This document shows, piece after piece, positions 42,017 through 49,961 of a DNA stretch of 49,961 nucleotides. This DNA comes from Frankiales bacterium (GTDB lineage: Bacteria; Actinomycetota; Actinomycetes; Mycobacteriales; SCTD01), in the NCBI GenBank assembly GCA_025464915.1, contig JAODNF010000341.1, forward strand, positions 1-49,961, in the 5' to 3' direction. The notes beneath the pieces were generated by a model. The model was not told the origin of the DNA. It was given only the letters and a program-made list of their open reading frames with translations, and made no database searches. A program made the translations under genes and the position numbers. The first letter of the stretch is position 1. Each line of letters begins with the position of its first letter.

Positions 42017-45000
42017 TGCGCCGGTACTGGCCGCCGACCTCGAAGAAGGCGTCGCTGATCTGGCCGAGCGAGCAGTGCCGGACGGCCTCCATGAGCGCCT
42101 CGAAGACGTTGCCGCCCTCGGTGGCTGCCTTCTGCAGGGCAGCGAGCGCGGCGGGGGCCTCGGCGCGATGCCGTGCCTGGAAGTCGTGCAGCCGGTCGAG
42201 CTGCGACTTCTTCTCGTCCTCGGTGGCGCGCGCGAGCTCGACGGTCTGAGGCTCCTCGCCCGTCGCCGGCGGCAGGAAGGTGTTGACGCCGATGAGGGGC
42301 AGCGAGCCGTCGTGCTTCTTGTGCTCGTAGAGCATCGACTCGTCCTGGATGCGGCCGCGCTGGTAGCCGGTCTCCATAGCGCCGAGGACGCCACCACGCT
42401 GGGCGATGCGGTCGAACTCCTGCAGCACCATCTCCTCGACGAGGTCGGTGAGCTCGTCGACGACGAACGAGCCCTGGAGCGGGTTCTCGTTCATCGACAG
42501 GCCCCACTCCTTGTCGATGATCATCTGGATGGCGAGGGCCCGACGCACCGACTCCTCGCTGGGCGTCGTGACTGCCTCGTCGTAGGCGTTGGTGTGCAGG
42601 CTGTTCGCGTTGTCGTAGAGCGCGCACAGGGCCTGCAGCGTCGTGCGGATGTCGTTGAAGTGCATCTCCTGCGCGTGCAGGGAACGGCCGCTGGTCTGGA
42701 CGTGGTACTTCAGCTTCTGCGAGCGGTCGTTGGCGCCGTACCTCTCCTTCAGCGCGATCGCCCAGATCCGGCGGGCGTCGCGACCGAGGACGGTGTACTC
42801 GGCGTCCATGCCGTTGCTGAAGAAGAACGAGAGGTTCGGTGCGAAGTCGTCGATGCTCATGCCGCGGGCGAGGTAGGCCTCGACGTAGGTGAACCCGTTC
42901 GAGAGCGTGAACGCGAGCTGGCTGATCGGGTTCGCCCCGGCCTCGGCGATGTGGTAGCCGGAGATGCTGACCGAGTAGAAGTTCTGGACCTTGTGGTCGA
43001 CGAAGTACTGCTGGATGTCGGCCATCGCGCGGAGCGCGAACTCGGTGCTGAAGATGCAGGTGTTCTGGCCCTGGTCCTCCTTGAGGATGTCGGCCTGCAC
43101 GGTGCCGCGGACGTTCTGCAGCACCCACTGTCGGACCTCGGCCGGGTCGGCGTCAGGGCGCTTCTCGAGCTCCTGGTCGATCGCGGTGTTGAGGAACATC
43201 GCGAGGATCGTCGGGGCGGGGCCGTTGATGGTCATCGACACGGAGGTGGTGGGTGAGCAGAGGTCGAAGCCGCCGTACAGCACCTTCATGTCGTCGAGCG
43301 TCGCAATGCTCACGCCCGAGGTGCCGACCTTGCCGTAGATGTCGGGACGCGGGTCGGGGTCGCGCCCGTACAAGGTCACGGAGTCGAAGGCGGTCGACAG
43401 CCGGGTGGCCGGCTGGCCCTCCGACAGCACCTTGAAACGGCGGTTGGTGCGGAACGCGTCGCCCTCGCCCGCGAACATGCGGGCCGGCGCCTCGCCGACG
43501 CGCTTGAAGGGGAAGACGCCTGCTGTGTAGGGGAAGTAGCCCGGGAGGTTCTCACCCCGGAGGAAGCCGACCAGCTCGCCGTGGTCCTGAGTCCTCGGGA
43601 TCGCCACCCGCCGGACCTTGTTGCCCGACAGCGTCTCGCGGGTCAGCGGGGTGTGGATCTCCTTGCCGCGGACGGTGTAGACGAGCTCGTCGCCGGAGTA
43701 CTCCTCGACTCGCGCCGGCCACTCGTCGAGCAGCGCCTGCACGTCGGGCGAGACCGTCGTCCGGTCGAGCGCGGCCTGCAGCTCGCCGGTGTCCTGCACG
43801 AGGGCCAGTGCGGTCGTGACGTGCTGTCGCGTCCGAGCGAGAGCGGCCTGACGGGCGGTCTCGGCGTGGTAGTCGCGGACCGCCGCGCTGATCTCGGACA
43901 GGTAGCGCTCGCGAGCTGCCGGCAGCACGGAGGTGAGGTCGGTGCTGACCTTGGTGTCGACGTGCGGCAGCAGCCCGACCGGAAGGCCGAGCAGTGTGCG
44001 TAGCTCTTGGTAGAGGGCGGTGACGCCGTCGTCGTTGAAGCGGGCGGCCGAGGTGCCGAAGACCGGCATCTCGTCCGGGTGGGCACTGCTTCCCGTGCGG
44101 TTGCGGGCGACGGTGCGGGCCACGTCACGGCGTGCGTCCTCGGCTCCGCGGCGCTCGAACTTGTTGATGGCGACGACGTCGGCGTGGTCGAGCATGTCGA
44201 TCTTCTCGAGCTGGCTCGAGGCGCCGTACTCCGGCGTCATGACGTAGAGCGAGACGTCGCAGTGGTCGGTGATGGACGCGTCGCCCTGGCCCACGCCGGG
44301 CGTCTCGACGACGACCAGGTCGAACCCGGCGGCCTTGCAGGCGCTGATGATGTCGTCGAGGTGCTCGGGGACGGCGGCGTTGCCGCGGGTGGCGAGCGAG
44401 CGGAAGTAGACGTTGCTGCCGGACAGGCTGTTCATCCGGATGCGGTCGCCGAGCAGTGCGCCGCCGTGCCTGCGCCTGGTCGGGTCGACAGCGATGCAGG
44501 CGATCCGGAGCTTGTCCTCCTGGTCGACGCGCATCCGGCGCACGAGCTCGTCGGTGAGGCTGGACTTGCCCGACCCGCCCGTACCGGTGATGCCGAGGAC
44601 CTTGACGTCCTTGGCGGCCTCGCGCAGTGCCTGGGCGAGCTCGGGGGAGCGGCCGTCCTCGAGCACCGTGATGGCACGGGCGAGAGCAGCGACGTCGCCG
44701 GACAGGACGTCCTCGACTGCCGGCGGCCGTGCGGCCAGGTCGACGTCGCAGGCCGCCACGAGCGTGTTGATCATCCCGGCGAGGCCGAGCTTCTGGCCCT
44801 CCTCGGGGGAGAAGATCGTGACACCACGGCTCCTCAGCAACGCGATCTCCTCGGGGACGATGACCCCGCCCCCACCGCCGAACACCTGCACGTGGCCGGC
44901 GCCGACCTCGGCCAGGCGCTCCTTGAGGTAGGTGAAGTACTCGACGTGGCCGCCCTGGTAGGAGCTGACCGCGACGCCCTGCGCGTCCTCCTGTACAGCG

Positions 45001-45158
45001 GCCTGCACGACCGACTCGACCGAGCGGTCGTGCCCGAGGTGCACCACCTCGGCGCCCTGGCTCTGCAGGACGCGGCGCATGATGTTGATCGCGGCGTCGT
45101 GGCCGTCGAAGAGCGAGGCCGAGGTCACGAAGCGGACGGGGTTCACCGGCGTGTGCAT
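42009..45158 (-). CDS. icmF: Fused isobutyryl-CoA mutase (B12-binding domain - MeaB-like GTPase - mutase catalytic domain)
   Basis: 1049 aa. N-terminal B12 domain VRFVTSASLFDGHDAAINIMRRVLQ. P-loop GITGTGGSGKSSLTDELV. The C-terminal 550 aa have the methylmalonyl-CoA-mutase-type TIM barrel (RMFAGEGD, TNRRFK, SMTINGPAP, NTCIFSTEFALR). Confidence 0.92.
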   Translation of the reverse strand: MHTPVNPVRFVTSASLFDGHDAAINIMRRVLQSQGAEVVHLGHDRSVESVVQAAVQEDAQGVAVSSYQGGHVEYFTYLKERLAEVGAGHVQVFGGGGGVIVPEEIALLRSRGVTIFSPEEGQKLGLAGMINTLVAACDVDLAARPPAVEDVLSGDVAALARAITVLEDGRSPELAQALREAAKDVKVLGITGTGGSGKSSLTDELVRRMRVDQEDKLRIACIAVDPTRRRHGGALLGDRIRMNSLSGSNVYFRSLATRGNAAVPEHLDDIISACKAAGFDLVVVETPGVGQGDASITDHCDVSLYVMTPEYGASSQLEKIDMLDHADVVAINKFERRGAEDARRDVARTVARNRTGSSAHPDEMPVFGTSAARFNDDGVTALYQELRTLLGLPVGLLPHVDTKVSTDLTSVLPAARERYLSEISAAVRDYHAETARQAALARTRQHVTTALALVQDTGELQAALDRTTVSPDVQALLDEWPARVEEYSGDELVYTVRGKEIHTPLTRETLSGNKVRRVAIPRTQDHGELVGFLRGENLPGYFPYTAGVFPFKRVGEAPARMFAGEGDAFRTNRRFKVLSEGQPATRLSTAFDSVTLYGRDPDPRPDIYGKVGTSGVSIATLDDMKVLYGGFDLCSPTTSVSMTINGPAPTILAMFLNTAIDQELEKRPDADPAEVRQWVLQNVRGTVQADILKEDQGQNTCIFSTEFALRAMADIQQYFVDHKVQNFYSVSISGYHIAEAGANPISQLAFTLSNGFTYVEAYLARGMSIDDFAPNLSFFFSNGMDAEYTVLGRDARRIWAIALKERYGANDRSQKLKYHVQTSGRSLHAQEMHFNDIRTTLQALCALYDNANSLHTNAYDEAVTTPSEESVRRALAIQMIIDKEWGLSMNENPLQGSFVVDELTDLVEEMVLQEFDRIAQRGGVLGAMETGYQRGRIQDESMLYEHKKHDGSLPLIGVNTFLPPATGEEPQTVELARATEDEKKSQLDRLHDFQARHRAEAPAALAALQKAATEGGNVFEALMEAVRHCSLGQISDAFFEVGGQYRRNV

Positions 45159-45168
45159 CTCCCGAGGA

Positions 45169-45181
45169 TACGTGGACGTCC
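45169..45181. promoter_or_regulatory. Operator-like motif TACGTGGACGTCC, copy 1 (contains the 8-bp palindrome GGACGTCC)
   Basis: One of two exact 13-nt copies inside the 84-nt divergent icmF / acyl-CoA dehydrogenase intergenic region. It lies 11 nt upstream of the icmF start. Confidence 0.6.
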
Positions 45182-45214
45182 TCGCAGTTGGCTAGTCCCC
45201 ATGTTACTTCCAAG

Positions 45215-45227
45215 TACGTGGACGTCC
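45215..45227. promoter_or_regulatory. Operator-like motif TACGTGGACGTCC, copy 2
   Basis: Exact repeat of 45169-45181, 46 nt centre to centre. It ends 3 nt before the candidate -10 hexamer of the acyl-CoA dehydrogenase gene. Confidence 0.6.
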
Positions 45228-45230
45228 ATG

Positions 45231-45236
45231 TAGTTT
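45231..45236 (+). promoter_or_regulatory. Candidate -10 hexamer TAGTTT for a leaderless acyl-CoA dehydrogenase transcript
   Basis: TANNNT-type hexamer ending 6 nt before ATG 45243, with no SD in between. This geometry fits a leaderless mRNA, which is common in actinobacteria. Confidence 0.35.
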
Positions 45237-45242
45237 GAGCGC

Positions 45243-46385
45243 ATGCTGACTTCGGAGCACACCGCTCTCCGCGCCGCGGTGCGCGACCTCGTGACCGACA
45301 AGATCTCCCCGTGGGCCGCGACGGTCGACGAGCAGGCGCGGTTCCCGCAGGAGGCCTACGACGCGCTGCGCGCCGCCGACCTGCACGCGATCCACGTGCC
45401 CCTCGAGTACGGCGGCAACGGCGCTGACGCTCTCTCCGCCTGCCTCGTCATCGAGGAGGTGGCCCGCGGGTGCACGAGCTCCTCGCTCATCCCCGCGGTC
45501 AACAAGCTCGGCTCGCTGCCGATCATGCTCAACGGCACCGAGGCGCAGAAGCAGCAGTGGCTGGCTCCGCTGGCGAAGGGCGATGCGCTGTTCTGCTACG
45601 CGCTGTCGGAGCGCGAGGCCGGCTCCGACGTGGCCTCTATGCGGACCCGCGCCGAGTGGACCGGCGACGACTGGCTGCTCAACGGCGTGAAGTGCTGGAT
45701 CACCAACGCCGGCGAGGGCGACAGCTACACGGTCTTCGCCGTCTCGGACCCGGACGCCAAGCGCGGGCAGCACATCAGCGCCTTCCTGGTGAGCAAGACC
45801 GACGAGGGCGTCTCGTTCAGCACCCCCGAGCACAAGATGGGCATCAAGGGCTCACCCACCCGCGAGGTGCACTTCGACAACGTGCGGCTCCCGGCGGACC
45901 GGCTGCTGGGCGAGCGCGGCCAGGGCATGCGCATAGCCATGCAGACGCTCGACCACACCCGCGTGACGATCGCGGCCCAGGCGCTCGGCGTCGCGCAGGC
46001 CGCGCTCGACCTGGCGGCGTCCTACGTGAAGGAGCGCCAGCAGTTCGGCAAGGCGATCGCGGAGTTCCAGGGCGTGCAGTTCATGCTCGCCGACATGGTC
46101 ATCAAGCTCGAGAGCGCCAGGGCGCTGACGTACCTCGCTGCCCTGAAGTCCGAGGAGCACGCCGCCGACCTGACCTACTTCTCGGCCGCCGCCAAGACAG
46201 CCGCCTCCGACGCCGCGATGTCGATCACGACGGACGCCGTGCAGCTGCTCGGCGGCTACGGCTACACCCGCGACTTGCCGGCGGAGCGCCTGATGCGCGA
46301 CGCCAAGATCACCCAGATCTACGAGGGGACCAACCAGGTCCAGCGCATCGTGCTGGCCCGCGAGCTCCTGAAGACGGTGCGTTGA
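45243..46385 (+). CDS. Acyl-CoA dehydrogenase (short/branched-chain type)
   Basis: 380 aa. Motifs ALSEREAGSDVASM, CWITNAG, GSPTREVHFDNV and QLLGGYGYTRDLPAERLMRDAKITQIYEGTNQVQRIV. Confidence 0.92.
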   Translation: MLTSEHTALRAAVRDLVTDKISPWAATVDEQARFPQEAYDALRAADLHAIHVPLEYGGNGADALSACLVIEEVARGCTSSSLIPAVNKLGSLPIMLNGTEAQKQQWLAPLAKGDALFCYALSEREAGSDVASMRTRAEWTGDDWLLNGVKCWITNAGEGDSYTVFAVSDPDAKRGQHISAFLVSKTDEGVSFSTPEHKMGIKGSPTREVHFDNVRLPADRLLGERGQGMRIAMQTLDHTRVTIAAQALGVAQAALDLAASYVKERQQFGKAIAEFQGVQFMLADMVIKLESARALTYLAALKSEEHAADLTYFSAAAKTAASDAAMSITTDAVQLLGGYGYTRDLPAERLMRDAKITQIYEGTNQVQRIVLARELLKTVR

Positions 46386-47233
46386 TGCAGAACATCGGAG
46401 TGGTCGGCGGCGGCACCATGGGTGCCGGTATCGCTGAGGTCTGTGCGAAGGCCGGCAAGGACGTCGTCGTCCGCGAGATCAGCGATGCCGCCATCGACGC
46501 GGGCCGGGCTCGCATCGCGACGTCCCTCGAGCGCGCCCTGCGCGGGGGCCGGCTCGAGCAGGAGGCCTACGACGCCGTCCTCGGGCGGGTCCGCTGGACC
46601 ACGTCCTTCGAGGACCTCTCCGATCGCGACCTCGTGATCGAGGCGGCGCCGGAGAACGAGCAGCTGAAGCTCGACACGTTCCGCACCCTCGACCAGGTCG
46701 TGCAGTCGGACGCGATCCTCGCCTCCAACACCTCCTCCATCCCGCTGGTCAAGATGGCTGCCGTCACCAAGCGCCCGGACCGGGTCGTGGGCGTGCACTT
46801 CTTCAACCCGGTGCCGGTTCTCCCGCTGGTCGAGATCGTCGAGTCGCTGCTCACCGCACCGGACACCCTGCTGGCCGTCACCGACTTCGCCGAGAAGGAC
46901 CTGCACAAGCAGACGATCCGCTCCAAGGCCCGGGCCGGCTTCGTCGTCAACGCGCTGCTGGTGCCCTACATCCTGAGCGCCATCCGGATGCTCGAGTCCG
47001 GCTTCGCCTCGGCGGAGGACATCGACCTGGGCATGGTCAAGGGCTGCGCCCACCCGATGGGCCCGCTCCACCTCGCCGACCTGATCGGTCTCGACACCTG
47101 CGCCGCCATCGCCGACTCGATGTACACCGAGTTCAAGGAGCAGCTCTTCACGCCCCCGCCGCTGCTGCTGCGCATGTGCGAGGCCGGCCTGCTCGGCCGC
47201 AAGACCGGCCAGGGCTTCTTCGCGTACGGCTGA
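46385..47233 (+). CDS. 3-hydroxybutyryl-CoA / 3-hydroxyacyl-CoA dehydrogenase
   Basis: The tail of ORF 45470..47233, starting at ATG 46385 (TGATG overlap). Motifs IGVVGGGTMGAGIA, ASNTSSIP, GVHFFNPVPVLPLVEIV and GRKTGQGFF. Confidence 0.9.
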   Translation: MQNIGVVGGGTMGAGIAEVCAKAGKDVVVREISDAAIDAGRARIATSLERALRGGRLEQEAYDAVLGRVRWTTSFEDLSDRDLVIEAAPENEQLKLDTFRTLDQVVQSDAILASNTSSIPLVKMAAVTKRPDRVVGVHFFNPVPVLPLVEIVESLLTAPDTLLAVTDFAEKDLHKQTIRSKARAGFVVNALLVPYILSAIRMLESGFASAEDIDLGMVKGCAHPMGPLHLADLIGLDTCAAIADSMYTEFKEQLFTPPPLLLRMCEAGLLGRKTGQGFFAYG

Positions 47234-47327
47234 GCCTCAGCGGATGGCGGAAAGCACCACCGGGTTCACCGAGGTATGTGCGAAGTCGACGTCGTGACGG
47301 GTGTTGCGCGCCCGTAACGTGGATGGC

Positions 47328-48182
47328 ATGACTGCAGCTGCCCCCGCCCGTCAGGTCGTCACCCACGAGGTCGACGGGCTGACCGTGACCGAGTGGCCAG
47401 GCGAGGGCGCGGTGGTGTTCTGCCTGTCCGGGCTCGGCAGCCACGCGCCGACCTGGGCTCCCTTCGCGGCGTCCGTGCCGGGAGCGCGCGTCTTCGGGAT
47501 CGACCTGCGCGGCCGAGGCGCCGGCATGGGCCTGGCCGGCCCCACGGGTCTGCGCCAGCACGCGAAGGACGTCGCCGCTGTCCTGGAGCAGCTCGACCTC
47601 CGCGACGTCGTCCTCGTGGGGCACTCGATGGGTGCTTACCTCGCGCCGCTCGTCGCCCAGGAGTCCCATGGCCGGCTCAAGAAGCTGGTGCTCGTCGACG
47701 GCGGCATCCGCCCGCGCTTCCCCTTCTTCATGCGGCCTGCCCTGGTGCGCCTGATGTTCAACAAGCAGCTGTCCGCGGCGGACGTGACCTTCCCGACCGT
47801 CGAGGCGCTTGCCGAGAAGGCGCGCGTCGGCAAGATGCTGGCCGACCGCCCCGATCTCACACCGACGCTCCTCGAGATCCTGGCCGAGGAGTCCCGCCGC
47901 CTCGACGGCTTCCGCCCCAAGCTGGACGTCGACCGGTGCGTCGCCGATGCCGTCGACTGCTTCTTCGGACCTGACAACGCGCCCGCCCTCGCGGCCCTCG
48001 ACCTCCCCACCGAGGTCTTCCTCGCCGAGCACGCCAAGGGCACGAGCGACAAGCCGTTCATCTCCGACAAGGCCGTCGAGGCCGAGGTCGGGAAGCAGCC
48101 GCTGCTGAGCGTGACGCGCCTGCCGGGCAACCACGTCACTGTCCTGTTCGCGCCCGAGGTCGCTGCGGCGGTCCTGACGTGA
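47328..48182 (+). CDS. Alpha/beta-fold hydrolase
   Basis: ORF 47301..48182 trimmed to ATG 47328. Nucleophile elbow VLVGHSMGAY, oxyanion region VVFCLSGLGSH, and late His in LPGNHVTVLF. Confidence 0.8.
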   Translation: MTAAAPARQVVTHEVDGLTVTEWPGEGAVVFCLSGLGSHAPTWAPFAASVPGARVFGIDLRGRGAGMGLAGPTGLRQHAKDVAAVLEQLDLRDVVLVGHSMGAYLAPLVAQESHGRLKKLVLVDGGIRPRFPFFMRPALVRLMFNKQLSAADVTFPTVEALAEKARVGKMLADRPDLTPTLLEILAEESRRLDGFRPKLDVDRCVADAVDCFFGPDNAPALAALDLPTEVFLAEHAKGTSDKPFISDKAVEAEVGKQPLLSVTRLPGNHVTVLFAPEVAAAVLT

Positions 48183-49738
48183 GGCGCGCACTCGCTGCAA
48201 TCGCGCTGGTGGCGCTGACGGGTGCCTGCGGGTCGACCGTGCAGGTCAAGGACGAGGCGACGGTCGGCGTCGACCAGAGCGGCCTGGGGAGTGCGACGGG
48301 TGGCGGCGCGGCCGGTACGACGACGGCAGGCCTCGACGGCGGTGCGACCGGCCTCGGCAGCACCGGGGGCGACAGCACCAGCGGCGCTACGGGCGGCGGC
48401 TCTAGCTCGACCGGCGCGTCGTCGACGGGGAGCTCGGACGGCTCCTCCACCACGGGCACCGGCGCGATCCCGGTCGCCGGCGACGGCACGATCCCGACGT
48501 CCGGCCCGGGTTGGGACGCGAAGCACGTCTACATCGGCGTGACGACGCAGAAGGACGTCAACACGGCCGCGCAGGCCGCGGGCGCCAACGGGCTCGACGC
48601 GGGTGACCAGGAGGCCGAGGTCCGGGCGGTCGCGGCCTACATCAACGCCCAGGGCGGCCTGTTCCACCGTCAGGTCGTGCCGGTCTTCAAGGACGAGGCG
48701 ACCGTCGCGACGCAGCAGAACCCTGACAACGCAGGTGCCCAGACGTGCAGCTACTTCACCAGTGACAAGAAGGTCATCGCGCTCTTCAACCCGGTGACGC
48801 TGATGGACGTGGACAGCTTCCGGGCCTGCATGGCCCAGCACAAGGTGCCGCTGTTCAGCGCGAGCGTCGCCGCTGTGAGCCAGCAGATCGCGCACAAGTA
48901 CGCGCCGTACTTCTACCAGTCCGTCGCCCCGACATGGGACGCCCTCGCGCCGGCGCTCATCAAGGGACTCGCCGCCCAGGGCTACTTCTCGTCCGCCTGG
49001 AACACGAGCAGCGCCACGTCGGTCCCGGGCAAGGCCACCATCGGCATCATCACGGACAACACCCCCGGAGGGGTGCAGACCGGCGCCATCCTCAAGCGTG
49101 CTCTCGAGTCCGCCGGGCACCCGGTGAAGTCAGTGTTCGAGTACGACGCCCACAACAACGGCACGCTCAGCTCTGCCGTCCTGCAGTTCCGCGGCAACGG
49201 CATCGACCACGTGCTGTCGACCGACTCCGCGCTGGTCGCCTTCCAGCTGCAGGCGGCGAGCCAGAGCTACCGGCCGCGGTACGGCATCAGCTCGATCAAC
49301 GCGCCGATCACGTTCCTGCAGACCAACGGCGGGGCGTCGCAGAACGCCGGCGACGTCGGCGTCGGCTGGGCGCCGAGCCTCGACGTGGACGACGCGGACG
49401 ACCCGGGTGTGACGGGCAGCGGTCAGCGGACCTGCAACGACATCATGGCGAAGGCGCACCAGAACCTGACGGGCAAGCGACTCGGCCGCGCCGTCGCGTA
49501 CGCCTTCTGCGACGGGCTGCTCCTGATCGCCAAGGGCGCCGCCGCGGGCGGTGGCCTGACGGGCGCCCAGATCTACAACGGCATGCTCAAGGTCGCTCCG
49601 ACCTTCTCGTCGGCCTTCAGCTTCGCGCCAGGCCTCGCGGCGAACCGGCTGTTCATCCCCGGCGGCGTCCGGCCACTGACGTTCAACAGCGGCTGCTCCT
49701 GCTTCCGCTACGTGTCGCGCACGACGTCGCGCATGTGA
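48179..49738 (+). CDS. Solute-binding lipoprotein (type I periplasmic binding fold, LivK-like), no adjacent permease genes
   Basis: 519 aa. GTG 48179 overlaps the hydrolase stop as GTGA. Lipoprotein signal ALAAIALVALTGACGS, a Gly/Ser/Thr-rich tether of about 70 aa, then an alternating alpha/beta domain. Confidence 0.7.
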   Translation: MRRALAAIALVALTGACGSTVQVKDEATVGVDQSGLGSATGGGAAGTTTAGLDGGATGLGSTGGDSTSGATGGGSSSTGASSTGSSDGSSTTGTGAIPVAGDGTIPTSGPGWDAKHVYIGVTTQKDVNTAAQAAGANGLDAGDQEAEVRAVAAYINAQGGLFHRQVVPVFKDEATVATQQNPDNAGAQTCSYFTSDKKVIALFNPVTLMDVDSFRACMAQHKVPLFSASVAAVSQQIAHKYAPYFYQSVAPTWDALAPALIKGLAAQGYFSSAWNTSSATSVPGKATIGIITDNTPGGVQTGAILKRALESAGHPVKSVFEYDAHNNGTLSSAVLQFRGNGIDHVLSTDSALVAFQLQAASQSYRPRYGISSINAPITFLQTNGGASQNAGDVGVGWAPSLDVDDADDPGVTGSGQRTCNDIMAKAHQNLTGKRLGRAVAYAFCDGLLLIAKGAAAGGGLTGAQIYNGMLKVAPTFSSAFSFAPGLAANRLFIPGGVRPLTFNSGCSCFRYVSRTTSRM

Positions 49739-49766
49739 CCGAGGCGGGCATGGAAGTCTTGCCCGC

Positions 49767-49961
49767 GTGAGCGCGCGCGTGCTGGTGGTGGGTGAGGCCC
49801 TCGTCGACCGGGTGACCCGCACCGACGGCAGCGTCGTCGAGCGGGTGGGTGGCAGTCCTCTCAACGTCGCGGTCGCCCTCGGTCGGCTCGGCGTCGACGT
49901 CCAGCTGCTCACGGCGCTGGGCGACGACGCGCACGGCGCCGCGGTGCGCGAGCACGCCGCC
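49767..49961 (+). CDS. PfkB-family carbohydrate kinase, N-terminal fragment (continues beyond the window)
   Basis: From GTG 49767: VSARVLVVGEALVDRVTRTDGSVVERVGGSPLNVAVALGRLGVDVQLLTALGDDAHG. This matches the PfkB N-terminal signature (GGxxxNvA). Confidence 0.6.
   Translation, partial: MSARVLVVGEALVDRVTRTDGSVVERVGGSPLNVAVALGRLGVDVQLLTALGDDAHGAAVREHAA

Noticed and set aside
48290-48470. Gly/Ser/Thr-rich repetitive segment, together with the orphan status of the solute-binding lipoprotein (no ABC permease or ATPase genes adjacent).
   Set aside because: It is a low-complexity tether after the lipobox, which is common in actinobacterial lipoproteins. Orphan binding proteins are also common. I see nothing further to pursue from sequence alone.
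1-49961. Search for mobile elements, phage-defence systems, toxin-antitoxin pairs, CRISPR-Cas, retrons, tRNA or rRNA genes.
   Set aside because: I recognised no transposase, integrase, recombinase, nuclease/helicase/ATPase defence-type proteins or reverse transcriptase. I also saw no terminal inverted repeats or tRNA-like cloverleaf sequences. The novelty here appears to lie in glycan tailoring and its regulation, not in mobile or defence functions.

Overview
This is very GC-rich, Actinomycetota-type chromosomal DNA. Third codon positions are almost all G/C, so nearly every real gene is shadowed by long Arg/Pro/Gly-rich antisense ORFs. I call 47 protein-coding genes plus one probable pseudogene. 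I found no rRNA, tRNA, CRISPR array, transposase or integrase, and no recognisable phage-defence genes.

Layout:
(i) 1-8.1 kb holds envelope and housekeeping genes: an OmpR-type two-component pair, a secreted GH25 muramidase with LGFP repeats, a lipoprotein serpin, an acyl-ACP desaturase and PEP carboxylase.
(ii) 8.1-40.4 kb is a large Wzx/Wzy-type cell-surface glycan locus built from divergent operons. Adjacent genes are mostly joined by 4-nt GTGA/ATGA start-stop overlaps. It contains a PglF/PglE/PglC-like initiating module followed by two GAF-ANTAR genes. It also contains GT2, Wzy, an NDP-sugar 6-dehydrogenase, GT4, a CE4 deacetylase, Wzz, a CgeB-like GT, a FemAB-family transferase, two secreted beta-helix paralogs and Wzx. 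It ends in a tailoring cassette: GNAT / NadE-like / AsnB-like / ACP / adenylating ligase / amine-dehydrogenase-like.
(iii) A regulatory island at 13.9-21.0 kb is embedded in that locus. It carries an ECF sigma factor, a sensor-less HisKA_3 kinase, four LuxR-type regulators in two adjacent same-strand pairs (three with degenerate receivers), a STAS protein and a PAS-GGDEF-EAL protein.
(iv) 40.4-50 kb is a MarR-linked fused isobutyryl-CoA mutase (IcmF) facing an acyl-CoA dehydrogenase / 3-hydroxybutyryl-CoA dehydrogenase operon, then a hydrolase, a solute-binding lipoprotein and a partial PfkB kinase.

The best candidates for something undescribed are:
- the carboxylate-activating tailoring cassette at 33.9-40.4 kb;
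- the resemblance of the locus accessory genes to exosortase/PEP-CTERM-type EPS loci, with no exosortase present;
- the c-di-GMP / LuxR pseudo-receiver island, including a VpsT-like W-L-P-R motif;
- the twin GAF-ANTAR genes attached to the initiating operon.

All functional calls rest on motif recognition by eye. No database search was run.
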